A DNA stretch of 64,000 nt from Eledone cirrhosa (lineage: Eukaryota), in contig OZ024741.1 of the NCBI GenBank assembly GCA_964016885.1, positions 161,138,001 to 161,202,000 of the forward strand, in the 5' to 3' direction. The position numbers and the translations under genes were made by a program. The notes below the pieces were generated by a model, which saw only the letters and a list, made by a program, of their open reading frames with translations, did no database searches and had not been told where the DNA came from. The first letter of the stretch is position 1, and every line of letters starts with the position of its first letter. Shown here one piece after another: positions 24,395 through 37,168 of the stretch.

Positions 24395-27300
24395 TTAATG
24401 GTAATTCACATATTGTGCCAACTTTGCGGGCCAATGGACACGTCGTCCGCTTCTCGTGACTGGAGATGAAACAGGTGGCTCGCCGGGACAGCAATCTGTT
24501 GGAGTTTCTGGTGTAGAGACTGTAACAGTATCCATGATGGCTTTTTTTAATCTGTCCACGCTGACAGAATTCTGTTTACCATCTAGATCGAGAATAAAAT
24601 ATTTCGGATATTTTTTTAGAACACGATAAGGGCCAGAATATGGAGGTCGAAGATGAGCTGAGATGGTGTCGTTTCGAACGAAAACGTGTGTCCAATCATC
24701 AATGTCTGAAGGTACGTGTGTGGCCGTGTTCTGTTGACGGGTGCTTGCCGGAGCAAGGTGAGACATATATTGTCGAAGACGGTGTACGTAGGATCCTGAG
24801 TCTGGAACATCCTGAGGAGAGATGGGAGCAACCATCTGACCAGGTAGAACCAGGGTGGTGCCGTAAACTAATTCTGCAGGTGTGTGTCCGAATTCCTCCT
24901 TAACGGTGGATCGAATGCCCAGAAGGATGAGTGGTAGGTATTCAAACCAATGGGTCTTGTCTGGATATGCTTTTATTGCAGCTTTCAATTGGCGATGGAA
25001 TCTTTCCACGAGACCATTAGCTTGCGGGTGATAAGCTGTCGTGCGGATGTGTTTACATCCTAACAGGCGAGTCAGTTCTCTGAAGAGGTGAGAGTCAAAT
25101 TGGCGTCCTCTGTCCGTTGTTATCTTCGCTGGGGCGCCATAATGTGATACCCAGTGTAAAACCAAAGTTTTAGCGACTGTTTCTGCTGAGGTATCATTTA
25201 TGGGAAAAGCCTCAGGCCAACGAGAAAATCGATCGATGCAGGTGAGCAAGTGTGTGTAGTTCTGTGATGGTGGTAGAGGTCCGACGATGTCGATATGCAC
25301 ATGATGAAAACGTGCATCAGGTTGCGCGAATGTGCCGAGTGGAGTTTTGATGTGTCTGTGGACTTTGGCTTTCTGGCAGGCAATGCAGCTCCTGGACCAG
25401 TCGCGCACGTCCTTGTTAATGTTAGTCCACACAAAACGAGCAGAGATGAGTTTCTGTGTAGCCCGGATTCCCGGGTGAGGCAAGCAGTGTAAAGCAGAAA
25501 AAACTTGTCGACGATGCATCTGTGGTACGTACGGTCGTTCATGACCAGTAGAAAGGTCGCACCAAATTTGTCCCGGAGAAGAAGGAATGGGAACTTGCTG
25601 AAACTTGAGAGATGGCGAATCTCGGAGTTTCATAAACTCTTCCTCAGTCTCTTGGTCAGCTGCGATTTGTTGAAGGTCGATGCCTGAATGCACATGTATT
25701 GCGTTCAGCTGGATTCGGGACAGGGCGTCGGCTGCTACGTTGTCTGATCCCTTGATATGCCGAATATCAGTTGAATATTGGGAGACAAAATCCAGGTGTC
25801 GGAGTTCTCTCGGTGAATGTCGATCAGGTTTGGTACGGAACGCATAAACTAGTGGTTTATGGTCCGTGTAGATCACGAAATCTGATCCTTCGAGCATGTG
25901 CCGAAAATGCTTAACCGAAAGATAGGTTGCCAAGAGTTCGCGGCCAAAGGTACTGTATTTCGTTTCTGCCGGTTGCAACCGCTTAGAAAAGAAGGATAAG
26001 GGTTGCCACACGCCGTCGACATATTGTTGTAGAACGCCTCCAACCCCCGTGTCTGATGCGTCCACTAGCAGCGAAAGAGGAGCGCCAGACCTGGGGAAAA
26101 CGAGCATGGAAGCGTTTGCCAACATTTCCTTCAGGCGATTAAAAGATGTTAATTCTTCCTCGTTTAGAGTGATCTCTTCGTTTTTGCGAGTCCGGTTACG
26201 AAGAAGGTCCGTGAGGAGTCTGGCTGCGTCGGAACAATGAGGGATGAACCGCCTATAAAAATTCACCAGACCGAGGAATTCACGCAGTTTCCGAAGTGAT
26301 GTAGATGCGGGAAAACTGCGGATAGCTTCTACTTTCTCGGGAAGTGGACGAATGCCGTCTTTATCGATGATGTGCCCGAGAAAGGACAGTGAAGGAACGC
26401 CGAGAAGGCACTTGCTGGGGTTGATGATGATACCGTACTCAGCCAAACGTCGGAAAAGGAGATCTAAGTGCTTCTCGTGTTCATTCTCGGAAGCACTTGC
26501 TACCAGTACGTCGTCAATATACGCGTATACGAAGGGTAGATCGCGTAACACGGTGTCAATGAACCGCTGAAAAGTTTGTGCAGCGTTGCGCAGACCGAAC
26601 GGCATTCGCAGGAATTCGAATAAACCGAACGGTGTTGTGATTGCGGTCTTCGGAAAGTCTGCAGGCTCCATAGGTATCTGGTTATATGCACGCACCAGAT
26701 CTACCTTGGAAAAGATACGTGCGCCTTGCAGAGAGGCAGAAAAATCGTGCAGGTGAGGTACAGGGTAATTATCGGGCACTGTAGAATTGTTAAGTGCACG
26801 ATAATCCCCACATGGTCGCCAATCATTCTCGTTTTTTTTTTGGAACAAGGTGTAGGGGTGCAGACCAGTTGCTGGAGGAAGGGCGAATGATTCCGAGGTC
26901 CAGCATGTGTTGGAACTCCTGCTTGGCGATTCTCAATCGGTCTGGAGGCAGTCTCCTTGGTCGGGCAGCTGTGGGTGGTCCCTTTGTCTCGATGTGGTGC
27001 GTGACACTATGCTTAATTGGACCATCCTTAAATACCGGGCGAGTGATGTCTGGGTATTTCTGGAGAATGCCGTTGTACCGCGAAGGCTCTGACTGGCAAA
27101 TTACAGGGCTCACTGTGGATTGCGTCGTAAATATACCTCTCACAGTGAGGTTTGTGGTGGTGTCACTAAGCCTCCGGTTCTTCATATCCACCAGAAGGTT
27201 GAAGTGGTGGAGAAAATCGGCTCCTAGGATAGGGGTCGGCAGGTCTGCCACGACGAACACCCATTGAAAACGCCGCCTCAGGCCTAAATTGAGGGTCAGA

Positions 27301-27527
27301 GACTTCTCCCCGAAAGTCGGAATTGACGATTGGTTCACTGCCTGCAGAAAGGACGGGGTTGGGTGTCTTTTGCCCGAGATCAGTGAAACCGGAATAACAT
27401 TGACCTGGGCTCCTGTATCCACGAGGTATCGGATGCCTGTCGCCTGGTCGTTAATAAAAAATAGACGACTTTTCTTTTCAGTACCAGAGGTGAACGTCGT
27501 CGCTAGTCCCTGGTCTGCCCGTTTCCC
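24395..27527 (-). CDS. pol: Gypsy pol (PR-RT-RNaseH-IN); one frameshift in the A-run near 26835
   Basis: YLVDTGAQ protease, [16 protein letters not shown] RNase H, HPG..C..C zinc finger, TTD.G.QF / NGLVERFHR integrase, PPYSGPY motif. Confidence 0.93.
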
Positions 27528-28348
27528 TGGGTGGTATTCTGGAAAGAGCACGGGGCCCTACACTTAGATGCCCGAGCGCCGAATTCCTCGTGATACCAGC
27601 AGAAGTTGCCAGACACACGATTTTGACTGGGACTTCTCGATCTTTGACGGTGAAAGGGTCTGGACCGACTGTTGCTGCGCCGCCGGTGTGTTTGCAGCTT
27701 TCTAATTGGTTTGAGAGAGCTTTGATTTGACCAGCCTGCTCTCTGATCATAGCCCGCAGCTCTGCAATCTCGGAGGTGGAGTCCGAGGACGTTACGTAAG
27801 GGTTCGTCCGACGATCTACCTGTGCTACTGAGGCAAAAGCGATCTTATCTGCGACACTCGCCAGTTCCTCCGGGGTTGCTGACTCGTTAGTCGACGCCAG
27901 AATTCCCTGCATCGATAAGGGCAAGCGCTGTATGAACAACCGTTTCAGCAGATCTTCTGAGAGCGGCTGGTCCTCCATCAGCTGTCTCATCTTTCGCAAT
28001 AGTTGGGACGGTTTTCTGTCTCCCAATTCTTCTGCAGACACGAGTTGGTTGAGTCGTCTCTGCTGTGACGCAGTCGTCCGCTTGACCAATTCCTTGCGGA
28101 ATGATTCATATGACACCGTGCCTGGCGGTGCCATGACGAGGTCCCTCACTTCAGCCAAAACTTCTGGCGGGACAGATCCAATGATGTAGGTGAGTTTTGC
28201 GGCATCGGTCTTAATTCTGTTCGCGGTAAATTGCGCTTCTATGTGCGCGAACCACAGAGTCGGGTCGTTAGACCAAAATACGGGGACTAAATGTTAACGC
28301 CGCTTGTGTGGTTGGTATCTCGGCTTCTGTCGTTTGTGCCATGTCCAT
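27503..28348 (-). CDS. gag: Gypsy gag, with frameshifts
   Basis: PVFWSNDPTLWFAHIEAQF, EELGDRKPSQLLRKMRQL and, in an alternative frame, CWYHEEFGARASKCRAPC. Slippery site G GGA AAC at 27521-27527. Confidence 0.85.
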
Positions 28349-29386
28349 GTTAATGTTTTCTTAGGTGCTGTCTGGTTGTGCGTTCGAGTCTCGTCGTGGT
28401 CTCCAATTGTAGCGACGCTGGTTGGTCAGTCTAGTCACTACTTCTGATCAGATCCGGGAATAGTCCTTAGAAGGACTGTTATCGCATACGGTCTGATCAG
28501 ATATGAAGATAGCCCTTAAAAGAACTGTTGAGGATGGACAGACGAAAGCACAAGTTGAAAGGACGAAGCAAGGCGAGATGTAAATTCGATCAGCTATTTA
28601 TTTTCACATGAAGCAACGATACGTGGTACAAGGCAATGCGTGTGTGAGTGACAAAGCGTGGCAGAGTAAAGGAACAACGATGCGCTAGCTGACTCTGCCA
28701 AAAGTCGACTAGCGAAAGTGTTAGGAACCACTCTATTTATACAGGAACAATCCTTTGTTGTTTAGTCGATGTGTAGGCGTTTATTCTGGTAGGTTCTAAT
28801 TCTAGTAGGTTCTAATTCTGGTAGGTTCTAAGGGTTCTTTTGTTTCACGTTGAGTAGCTAGCTAACAGGTAGATGGCGCTGTATATTTCACAGCTGTTAT
28901 TTCCTGTGGCTGTACAGATGTATCAATTTACATCTAATGATACGTTTTGCCTGTTCATTTAAATGCTTTGGAGAAAAGTCTAATTCTGGGTGTTTGGAGT
29001 TCCATAAAGTTTTTAGCCTTTGCATAAAACCGAACTTTTGGGATTCAGATTGTTTGTATGCTTCATATAATACTTTGTTAAGCTCGTAGCTCCACTGTAT
29101 ACAACGGTTGTAGTTGCGATTTGGTCGAAGGAGACTTGTACTTTTTGCCATGATGAGTTCGTCTATTCACTAATATTTCGTATTTATTTTTCAAAATAGT
29201 CGATGATCTTCTTTAAAAGTTACGACAAAGTTCTGTCAGAATCAAATTTAAAGTTATTCACAGCTTGGGTAATATTTCTTTTCAGTTAGTTTTTAATTCT
29301 ACAACTGTGTTTTAATCATTTCTGATTTTTGCGTTTCGCTTCGCTTTTCCTGCTCGCCGAAAATGAATTCTCGCTGAATCTATCTT

Positions 29387-29440
<54 letters not shown>

Positions 29441-29555
29441 GAGGTTATATTTAATTAAAACAATTTTATAACTGATATAAAGCACTCAAAAAATAAGTGG
29501 ACTAAATATACAATATATTAATAAATGGAAACTATATTTATAAAACCATATTTAT

Positions 29556-29618
29556 TTTATTATACATATTTCAAGGGCAACCAACGCAAATTATGGTGCG
29601 CTTTCATCAGATAAAATA
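29556..29618 (-). ncRNA. Type I HHR motif in the inverted arm of the Naiad element
   Basis: Minus strand reads CTGATGA aagcgcacca..tggttgccctt GAAA tat GTA. Helix I is AT-rich and imperfect. Confidence 0.6.
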
Positions 29619-30704
29619 CAGATTTGTTTTATAAATAAATATTGACATACCCGGAAAAAAAGGACAACCTTAACTGTTGGAGCTTCCTGGATAGTGGAGA
29701 TATTACATCTATTGAGGGTAATACAAAATTTTGAGTGAGTATGCAAATGAGTGTCCGAAAGGTTGAAAAGATAACGGTTTATTGAAATTAAACTGTTGGA
29801 AGAAGGTGATATGTAAGGGAGAGAGAAAAAAGAAAAAAAGAAAAAAAAGAAAGGAGAAAGATAGAAGAGGAAAGAAAGAACGATTATATATATTGATAGT
29901 GAAAATAGAGTGAATGAAGAGAATGTAGACAGCATAAGTATATCTAAAAGAGAGAAGAAATTAGAATAACGGGGAAGAAGAATATTTATAATGCAGGATT
30001 CATTACGTTTTGATTATAATACTTATAATGATAGGTTGAAAAATTAGATTAAAATTAAATTTAAATTAAAAATTAGAAATCAAAATTAAAGATTAAAATT
30101 TACCTTAATATTACAGATTTAATTTAATAATTTAATATTAATAATTAGTTTAAATGTTAAGCATTATAAATTATTTAAATAAATATATACATTAGAGCAA
30201 AACTAATATAGTTTATTTTATTAAAAGTTGTAAGTCAAAATTTAAACATCCAAATAATTCTAAATTTATGAAAAATTTACGAGAGTTTATAAAAGAATAA
30301 CCACTTAGTTATATTATAAAAACAGTAAGGAAGTGTAAAGGAAGTTAGAAGTGATTTTTTAAGAACAGTAAGGAAGTGTAAAGGGAGTGATTTTTTAAGA
30401 ACTCAGATGACTCTAAGGATTAAATGTTATAAAGTTAAAAAGTTAAACATTTTTATCTTAAGGATATAATTAAAACATGAATCATATGTTATTTTATACG
30501 AAGTCATAAATTTACTTGCTATAAAGTTAAAACATTAACATTAAAATTAAAACATTAAAAAAATTTATCTTAAGAATATATTTAAAGCATAAACCATAGG
30601 TTATTCCACATATATATAAAAAACCTATATATAAAAATCATATGTTTTTCCACATATATATAAACATTTGGATATATATATTAAAAACATTTGGATATAT
30701 ATAT

Positions 30705-32160
30705 TATAAACATAACAATAAATTCATTCAATTGGATATTGCTAATTATTACTCATCTATCACTCCTAATCTACTTAATAAAGCCCTTACATATGCATTT
30801 AAATATACAGATTTAACTAGCAATGAAATGCCCATTATCTTAACTGCACGTAAAACATTAATTAAATTTAGCAACCACCTTTGGACTAGAGCAGACAGAG
30901 ATAGTAATTTCGATATCATTATGGGATCATCGGACTCGGCGCAATTAACGGATCTTGTGGGGCTTTTTATTAACAATACTTTACATAGGAAAATACCGGA
31001 GATGACCGGTGGTTTATATCGTGACGATATGCTATTACTTATTGAAAATAATAATAATTGTGAAATAAATAGGAAAAGAAAAGAAATTATACAACTTTTT
31101 AATAGCGTTAATCTTAAAGGAGAAGTAGAGGATAATTATAAAATAGTTAATTCTTTAGATGTAACTTTAAACCTTAACACTGGTCTTTATTATCCATTTC
31201 ATAAATTAAACGAGAATTTAAACTATGTTAACTTTAATTCCAATCACCCCAGATCCGTTAAAAACACTATTGCAAATTCTGTGCAGCAACGTATTTCTAG
31301 AATTTCAGCGTATAAAAATATATTTGAAGATAAGGCACAATATTATAACGAAGCGTTAGGTAGAGCAGGCTCTAGTAATGAAATTAAATACATTGACAAT
31401 AAAGATGTGCCAATTAACCATAACTATAATTATAATAGAAAACCTTACACTAACTCGAAAACCAAAAGAAAAAATAGAACTAGAAATATATTATGGTTCG
31501 CGCCCCCCTTCTCATTAAGTATTAAAACTCCTATTGCTAAATTAATCTTTAAAGCTCTAGATAGGTGCTTTCCTAAGACACACATGTATTACTCAATCTT
31601 TAATAGACATACTATTAAACTCTCATATTCCACCACTATGAATTTAGCGCAGAATATTAATAGAATTAATAATAGAAACTTAAAACCTAACCAGAATAGC
31701 ACTAATACCCCTAGAAATATCCAATATAATGTTACGGCTCCTAATAATATAAATTTAGATAAATGTAATTGTAGAAATAAATCTAAATGTCCTCTAAATA
31801 ATAATTGTTTAGTTAAAAATATAGTATACAATTGTAATGTCAAAACAAATGAAAACTCCTTTAACTATGTCGGCTCTACTTCCACAGACTTCAAATCTCG
31901 TTTTAATAACCATAAATGTTCCTTTACAAATATTGGTAAAAAATCTTCAACTTCTCTATCTAACTTATTATGGGACCTGAAATCCAAGAATATTAACTAT
32001 TCTTTACTTTGGAAAATTATTTCCAAAGCTCCTTCATCCCAAAATTGTTCTCTTTGTGTTGAAGAAATATTCTTTATACTAAAAGTAAGAACTCTATTAA
32101 TTTACGAAATAATTTATTCAGTTCCTGCAAACATCGTTTAAACTCAACTTTTAAATATAT
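30705..32160 (+). CDS. Naiad-type PLE RT plus GIY-YIG endonuclease (5'-truncated, late frameshift)
   Basis: FIQLDIANYYSSI, MGSSDSA, GLYRDD, SNHP and WFAPPFS motifs. CNCRNKSKCPLNNNC linker, IVY..YVG.T...FKSRFNNH and CSLC. Terminal SCKHR lies in a shifted frame. Confidence 0.9.
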
Positions 32161-33465
32161 ATATAAAATGTAATATATGATTTATCTCTTTTACATAATG
32201 TCTTCTATATCTATATATGATTCATATCTCTACTTCACATATATATACTATATACTTTATATTATTACACCTATTGATAGATTATAACATTTTTTATATG
32301 ACTGCTTGAAACTCCTTTAAGAAAAAATTTTTTCTTGAAAAACTTACGGAAGGTTTTAGGAAAAATCTTTTGAAAATTCCTTTGAAAGACCATTATTTTC
32401 ATACTTTCCAATATTTTTATATTATTATATTTTTATATTTTTTATATCGCCAAACGTTTTTATGTGTTTATATAGGTGGAAAAATATGATTTTTATATAG
32501 GTTTTTTATATATATGTGGAATAACCTATGGTTTATGCTTTAAATATATTCTTAAGATAAATTTTTTTAATGTTTTAATTTTAATGTTAATGTTTTAACT
32601 TTATAGCAAGTAAATTTATGACTTCGTATAAAATAACATATGGTTCATGTTTTAATTATATTCTTAAGATAAAAATTTATAACATTTAATCCTTAGAGTC
32701 ATCTGAGTTCTTAAAAAATCACTTCTAACTTCCTTTACACTTCCTTACTGCTTTTATAATATAACTAAGTGGTTATTCTTTTGTAAACTCTTGTAAATTT
32801 TTCATAAATTTAGAATTATTTGGATGTTTAAATTTTGACTTACAACTTTTAATAAAATAAACTATATTAGTTTTGCTCTAATGTAAAATACTATATATTT
32901 ATTTAAATAATTTATAATCCTTAACATTTAAACTAATTATTAATATTAAATTATTAAATTAAATCTTTAATATTAAGGTAAATTTTAATCTTTAATTTTG
33001 ATTTCTAATTTTTAATTTAAATTTAATTTCAATCTCATTTTTCAACCTATCATTATAAATATTATAATCAAAACGTAATGAATCCTGCATTATAAATATT
33101 ATTCTTCCACGTTATTCTCATTTCTTCTCTCTTTTAGATATACTTATGCTGTCTACATTTATCTCTTCATGCACTCTATTTTCACTATCAATATATATAA
33201 TCGTTCTTTCTTTCCTCTTCTATCTTTCTCCTTTCTTTTTTTCTTTTTTCTATTTTTTCTCTCTTCCTCACATATCACCTTCTTCCAACAGTTTAATTTA
33301 AATAAACCGTTATCTTTTCAACCTTTCGGACACTCATTTGCATACTCACTCATAATTTTGTATTACCCTCAATAAATGTAATATCTCCACTATCAAGGAA
33401 GCTCCAACAGTTAAGGTTGTCCTTTTTTCCCGGGTATGTCAATATTTATTTATAAAACAAATCTG

Positions 33466-33528
33466 TATTTTATCTGATGAAAGCGCACCATAATTTGCCT
33501 TGGTTGTCCTTGAAATATGTATAATACA
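33466..33528 (+). ncRNA. Type I HHR motif at the Naiad 3' end
   Basis: CTGATGA at 33474, helix II aag../..ctt, GAAA at 33512, tatGTA. Confidence 0.6.
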
Positions 33529-33853
33529 ATAAATATGGTTTTATAAATATAGTTTCCATTTATTAATATATTGTATATATATATATATATATATATGGAA
33601 AAGAATGAAACGAAATTTCATTTCTCACTCTTAGTACGGCTGATACTTAAATGTAAGTATGTATACGTACATACATATATGTATACAGACGTACAGTAGT
33701 ATGTATATATATACATGCACACATATATATATGTACGTATGGGTTTACCGAACATTTATTATAATGTTCGGTTTGTTTGTAAACAAACAGCCTGAATTAC
33801 GCCGTAGTGTTCGGCAACCATCGTCGCCTTTTTGTTCAACACTGACACAGGAA

Positions 33854-33894
33854 CGATGTACTAGTTTCAAGCTTATTAGCTATCGTCAGAATCG
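33854..33894 (-). ncRNA. Minimal type I hammerhead ribozyme (one helix I mismatch)
   Basis: Minus strand reads cgatt CTGACGA t agct aata agct t GAAAC ta GTA catcg. Confidence 0.75.
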
Positions 33895-35090
33895 TATACC
33901 TTCCTGTCAAATGATTGAACGTTTGAAAGTATATACTTTCCTTATGCATATTAACAGCTGAGCTGTGTAATACAAATGAATATATGAGGGATGAACATCT
34001 ATACAATTATAGAAGTGTTCGGATTGCAAATGACCAAGTTAGCTAGGTTGAAAAAATACTAATTTAACATAATATGGTTAGCCTGTCTCGATTTAAAATA
34101 ATAAATCAATAAAAATACAAACCTATATTGGCAATGGCCGTGATACCTGAACAAATTTTAAATCTGTTTGACAAATTTTAAATTTGTTTCGAACAATTAA
34201 GTGAAAGTTACTATTCCTGTGCTCTTCTGCAGGTATCCAGAAATTGGTACCTTCCACTTCAAAATACTTAAGAAGACTGAGAAACATGTGTTGTTGAACG
34301 CACGTGTGTCCCAGCGCCTAACTCGTCTCATATCCGTGCCGCTAAAAATAGCAGTCGGTTTTATGGGACTAACAATTAGCTCAACGCATGGAGCCGTGAA
34401 TATGAAATATTGAGTTATAAACTCGAAATAGTCTTTGTTGCGAAACAAATTTAAAATTTGTCCAGGTATCACGGCCATTGCCAATATAGGTTTGTTATTT
34501 TTATTGATTTATTATTTTAAATCGAGACAGGCAAACCATATTATGTTAAATTAGTATTTTTTCAACCTAGCTAACTTGGTCATTAGCAATCCGGACACTT
34601 CTATAATTGTATAGATGTTCAGCACTCATATATTCATTTGTATACACACACACACACATTTATTATAATGCTCGGTTGTTTGTTTGTAAACAAACAAACA
34701 GCCCGAATTACACCGTACAGTGTTTAGGCAACTGTACGGCGTAATTCGGGCTGTTTGTTTGTTTACAAAAAAACAAACCGAGCATTATAATAAATGTTCG
34801 GTAAACGGATACGTCCATATATATATGTGTGCATGTATGTATATGTATACATACTACTGTACGTCTGTATACATATATGTATGTACGTATACATACATAC
34901 ATACTTACATTTAAGTAAATGCCGTACTAAGAGTGAGAAATGAAATTTCGTTTCATTCTATTCCATTTATCGTTTTCGGTGCGCCCGGCCGACTAAACTC
35001 ACTCGATATGCAAATTAGGCTGCTCAGCCGTTAATATGCATAAGGAAAGTATATACTTTCAGACGTTCAACCATCTGGCAGGAAGGTATA

Positions 35091-35131
35091 CGATGCTGAC
35101 GATAGCTAATAAGCTTGAAACTAGTACATCG
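35091..35131 (+). ncRNA. Minimal type I hammerhead ribozyme, intact
   Basis: cgatg CTGACGA t agct aata agct t GAAAC ta GTA catcg: perfect 5-bp helix I and palindromic ACTAGT helix III. Confidence 0.85.
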
Positions 35132-35391
35132 TTCCTGTGTCAAGTGTTGAACAAAAAGGTGACGTGGTTGCCTAAACACTGTACGGCGTAATTCGGGCTG
35201 TTTGTTTACAAACAAGCAAACAAAGCATTATAATAAATGTTCGGTAAACCGATACGTGCATATATATATATGTATGTATATGTATACATACTACTGTACG
35301 TCTGTATACATATATGTATTTACCTATACATACATACTTATATATATATATATACACACACACATATATATATATATATTTATATATATAT

Positions 35392-35471
<80 letters not shown>

Positions 35472-35473
35472 GT

Positions 35474-35734
35474 ATATAATTGAATATAAAAGAAAGATAA
35501 ACGCAGATATAAACATATGTGTTCAAATCGTAAGGGACCATATTCGCTAGGGTGAAAAAGATACTAACTATTAACAATAGGGTTTGCCAGACTCAATTTA
35601 AAATAAATCAAGAAAAGAAATACAAACCCTATTGTTAATAGTTAGTATCTTTTTCATCCTAGCGAATCTGGTCCCTTACGATTTGAATACATATGTTTAT
35701 ATCTGTGTTTATCTTTCTTTTATATTCAATTATA
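35474..35734. repeat. ~113-bp-arm hairpin insert between (TA)n tracts
   Basis: 35474-35586 is the inverse of 35622-35734 with a few mismatches. The loop and right flank resemble 34081-34130 and 34405-34436. Confidence 0.85.
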
Positions 35735-35822
35735 TTATGCGGCTCAGAAAAACCCTTTCTGTGAGCTATTTAATTGTAAGAGACTATTTTGAATTTCTAA
35801 CTCAATATATACCTTTGATATA

Positions 35823-35904
<82 letters not shown>

Positions 35905-36381
35905 TACATACCAATATATATGTATATATGTGTACACACACACAAGCACATACATACATACATACATGGTGGCTGCCAACTCGTTTTCGAGTATGGCCAC
36001 TACTTTATATCCATGTAGGAGAACCCCTACTGATGCGCTGAACGAGTGTGACTTTTTAGTCCAGCCAGCGACTTGAAAACTCTGGTACAAACACTACACT
36101 TGTGACAATTATTGACACATAATGCTGGGCCCATTGTACCCTGTGATGACAAGTGCAGAGAGATCTCCAGATATAAACCAATGCCTGTGCCGTGAAGCTT
36201 TTATAGTGAGCAAAGGCGCTGCACAAAGCCAGTCCCACTCTCTTAACCAAGATGATATTTACCAAAAAGAAGAACAAGTCAACATCATTGGATACCATCA
36301 GGGTTGCAGGTGTTATATCAGAGTTTTCCTTCTCCTAGAATTCTGCCTTGACAAAGGCTAAGGGGTCATCTCTCCCATACA

Positions 36382-36476
<95 letters not shown>

Positions 36477-36795
36477 GGTATAGAAAGTATTGTAGCAAGA
36501 AGCCAACAGTATTCCATATATATTATATATATTACATTCAAAGTTATGGATGTCATGATTGAGATAATCTCGAAAATGTGTCTTGTCTCTCAAAATAAGC
36601 TCAAAGAAAAAATTCAAAGAATAAATCTGAGCATTTAATCATTAGAAAATACTGAATGATATACACTCACACAAATATCTAATGATATAAATGTATAATA
36701 GAACATATCAAACTTTTACAAGAGACAATCTGGTTAGAATGTAAGAATACATATTACAGTATCATATTAAAATTTAACAAACATTTTAAATATAG

Positions 36796-37168
36796 TGTAG
36801 CGGTTGTCTCCCTTGTTTTGATTGGGATCTAGACGGGAAGTAGAACCCTTTCTGCAACTTCCGGTCAGAGCCCTATAAAACTAACAACTTTAAGCTTTCT
36901 AACTCTCATTGCCTTTTCGGCACCAGGTCAAGAGCCTCTCATTGGGCTCTGCCATTCATTTGGCCAATAGGCGCCTGGCCTTAGCCAGGCGTCCTCTGCC
37001 AGCCACCATTGCCTGGCAATCAAAACGGTAACTACTAACTTTGCTTCATTCTAACATCATCCTCATCTTTGACATGTCAACTATACTATCTACCATTGTT
37101 AATTAAATATTATACACACAAACCATGTCTCGTTTTGTTACATTCATACAACCCAGTAATCTCGCTAT
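36796..37168 (+). repeat. Partial copy of the LTR-like repeat at 15951-16573
   Basis: Begins TGTAGCGGTTGTCTCCC and aligns with the reverse complement of 16225-16573. Confidence 0.7.

Larger units (their letters stand above)
22947..28916 (-). mobile_element. Young Ty3/Gypsy LTR retrotransposon
   Basis: 509-bp TG..CA LTRs at 22947-23455 and 28408-28916 with one visible mismatch. GATG TSD at 22943-22946 and 28917-28920. PBS TGGAGACCACGACG next to 28407 and PPT ggcagggggctaa next to 23456. Confidence 0.97.
19742..29388 (-). mobile_element. Near full-length R4/Dong-like RLE non-LTR retrotransposon, frameshifted and interrupted by Gypsy
   Basis: N-terminus W..ELN..LY.AY..S...GFMQRL..LW (29151-28917). 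RT motifs KSPGPD, NYRPIAC, WLDYQKAFDSVPH and ISHLFFDDLKLY. CCHC and RPD endonuclease motifs ending at 19823. 3' end abuts (ACAT)n. Confidence 0.9.
29438..33578 (+). mobile_element. 5'-truncated Naiad-type Penelope-like element with a ~1.15-kb inverted copy of its 3' UTR at the 5' end
   Basis: 29506-~30670 is the reverse complement of ~32445-33578. (TA)n on both flanks. HHR near each outer end. Confidence 0.88.
33597..35340. mobile_element. Non-coding multi-fold-back element with two outward-facing HHRs
   Basis: Inverted pairs at 33597-33800/34745-34965, 33665-33965/35021-35330, 33970-34165/34445-34645 and 34658-34720/34730-34795. (TA)n on both flanks. Confidence 0.8.

Noticed and set aside
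30642-30704. ATG start of the 499-aa ORF
   Set aside because: It lies in the inverted UTR arm/junction. The genuine RT N-terminus is missing, so this is not a complete protein.
36550-36590. gaga-taa-tctc GAAA..GTC hairpin resembling an HHR
   Set aside because: The core is non-consensus and helices I and III do not pair.
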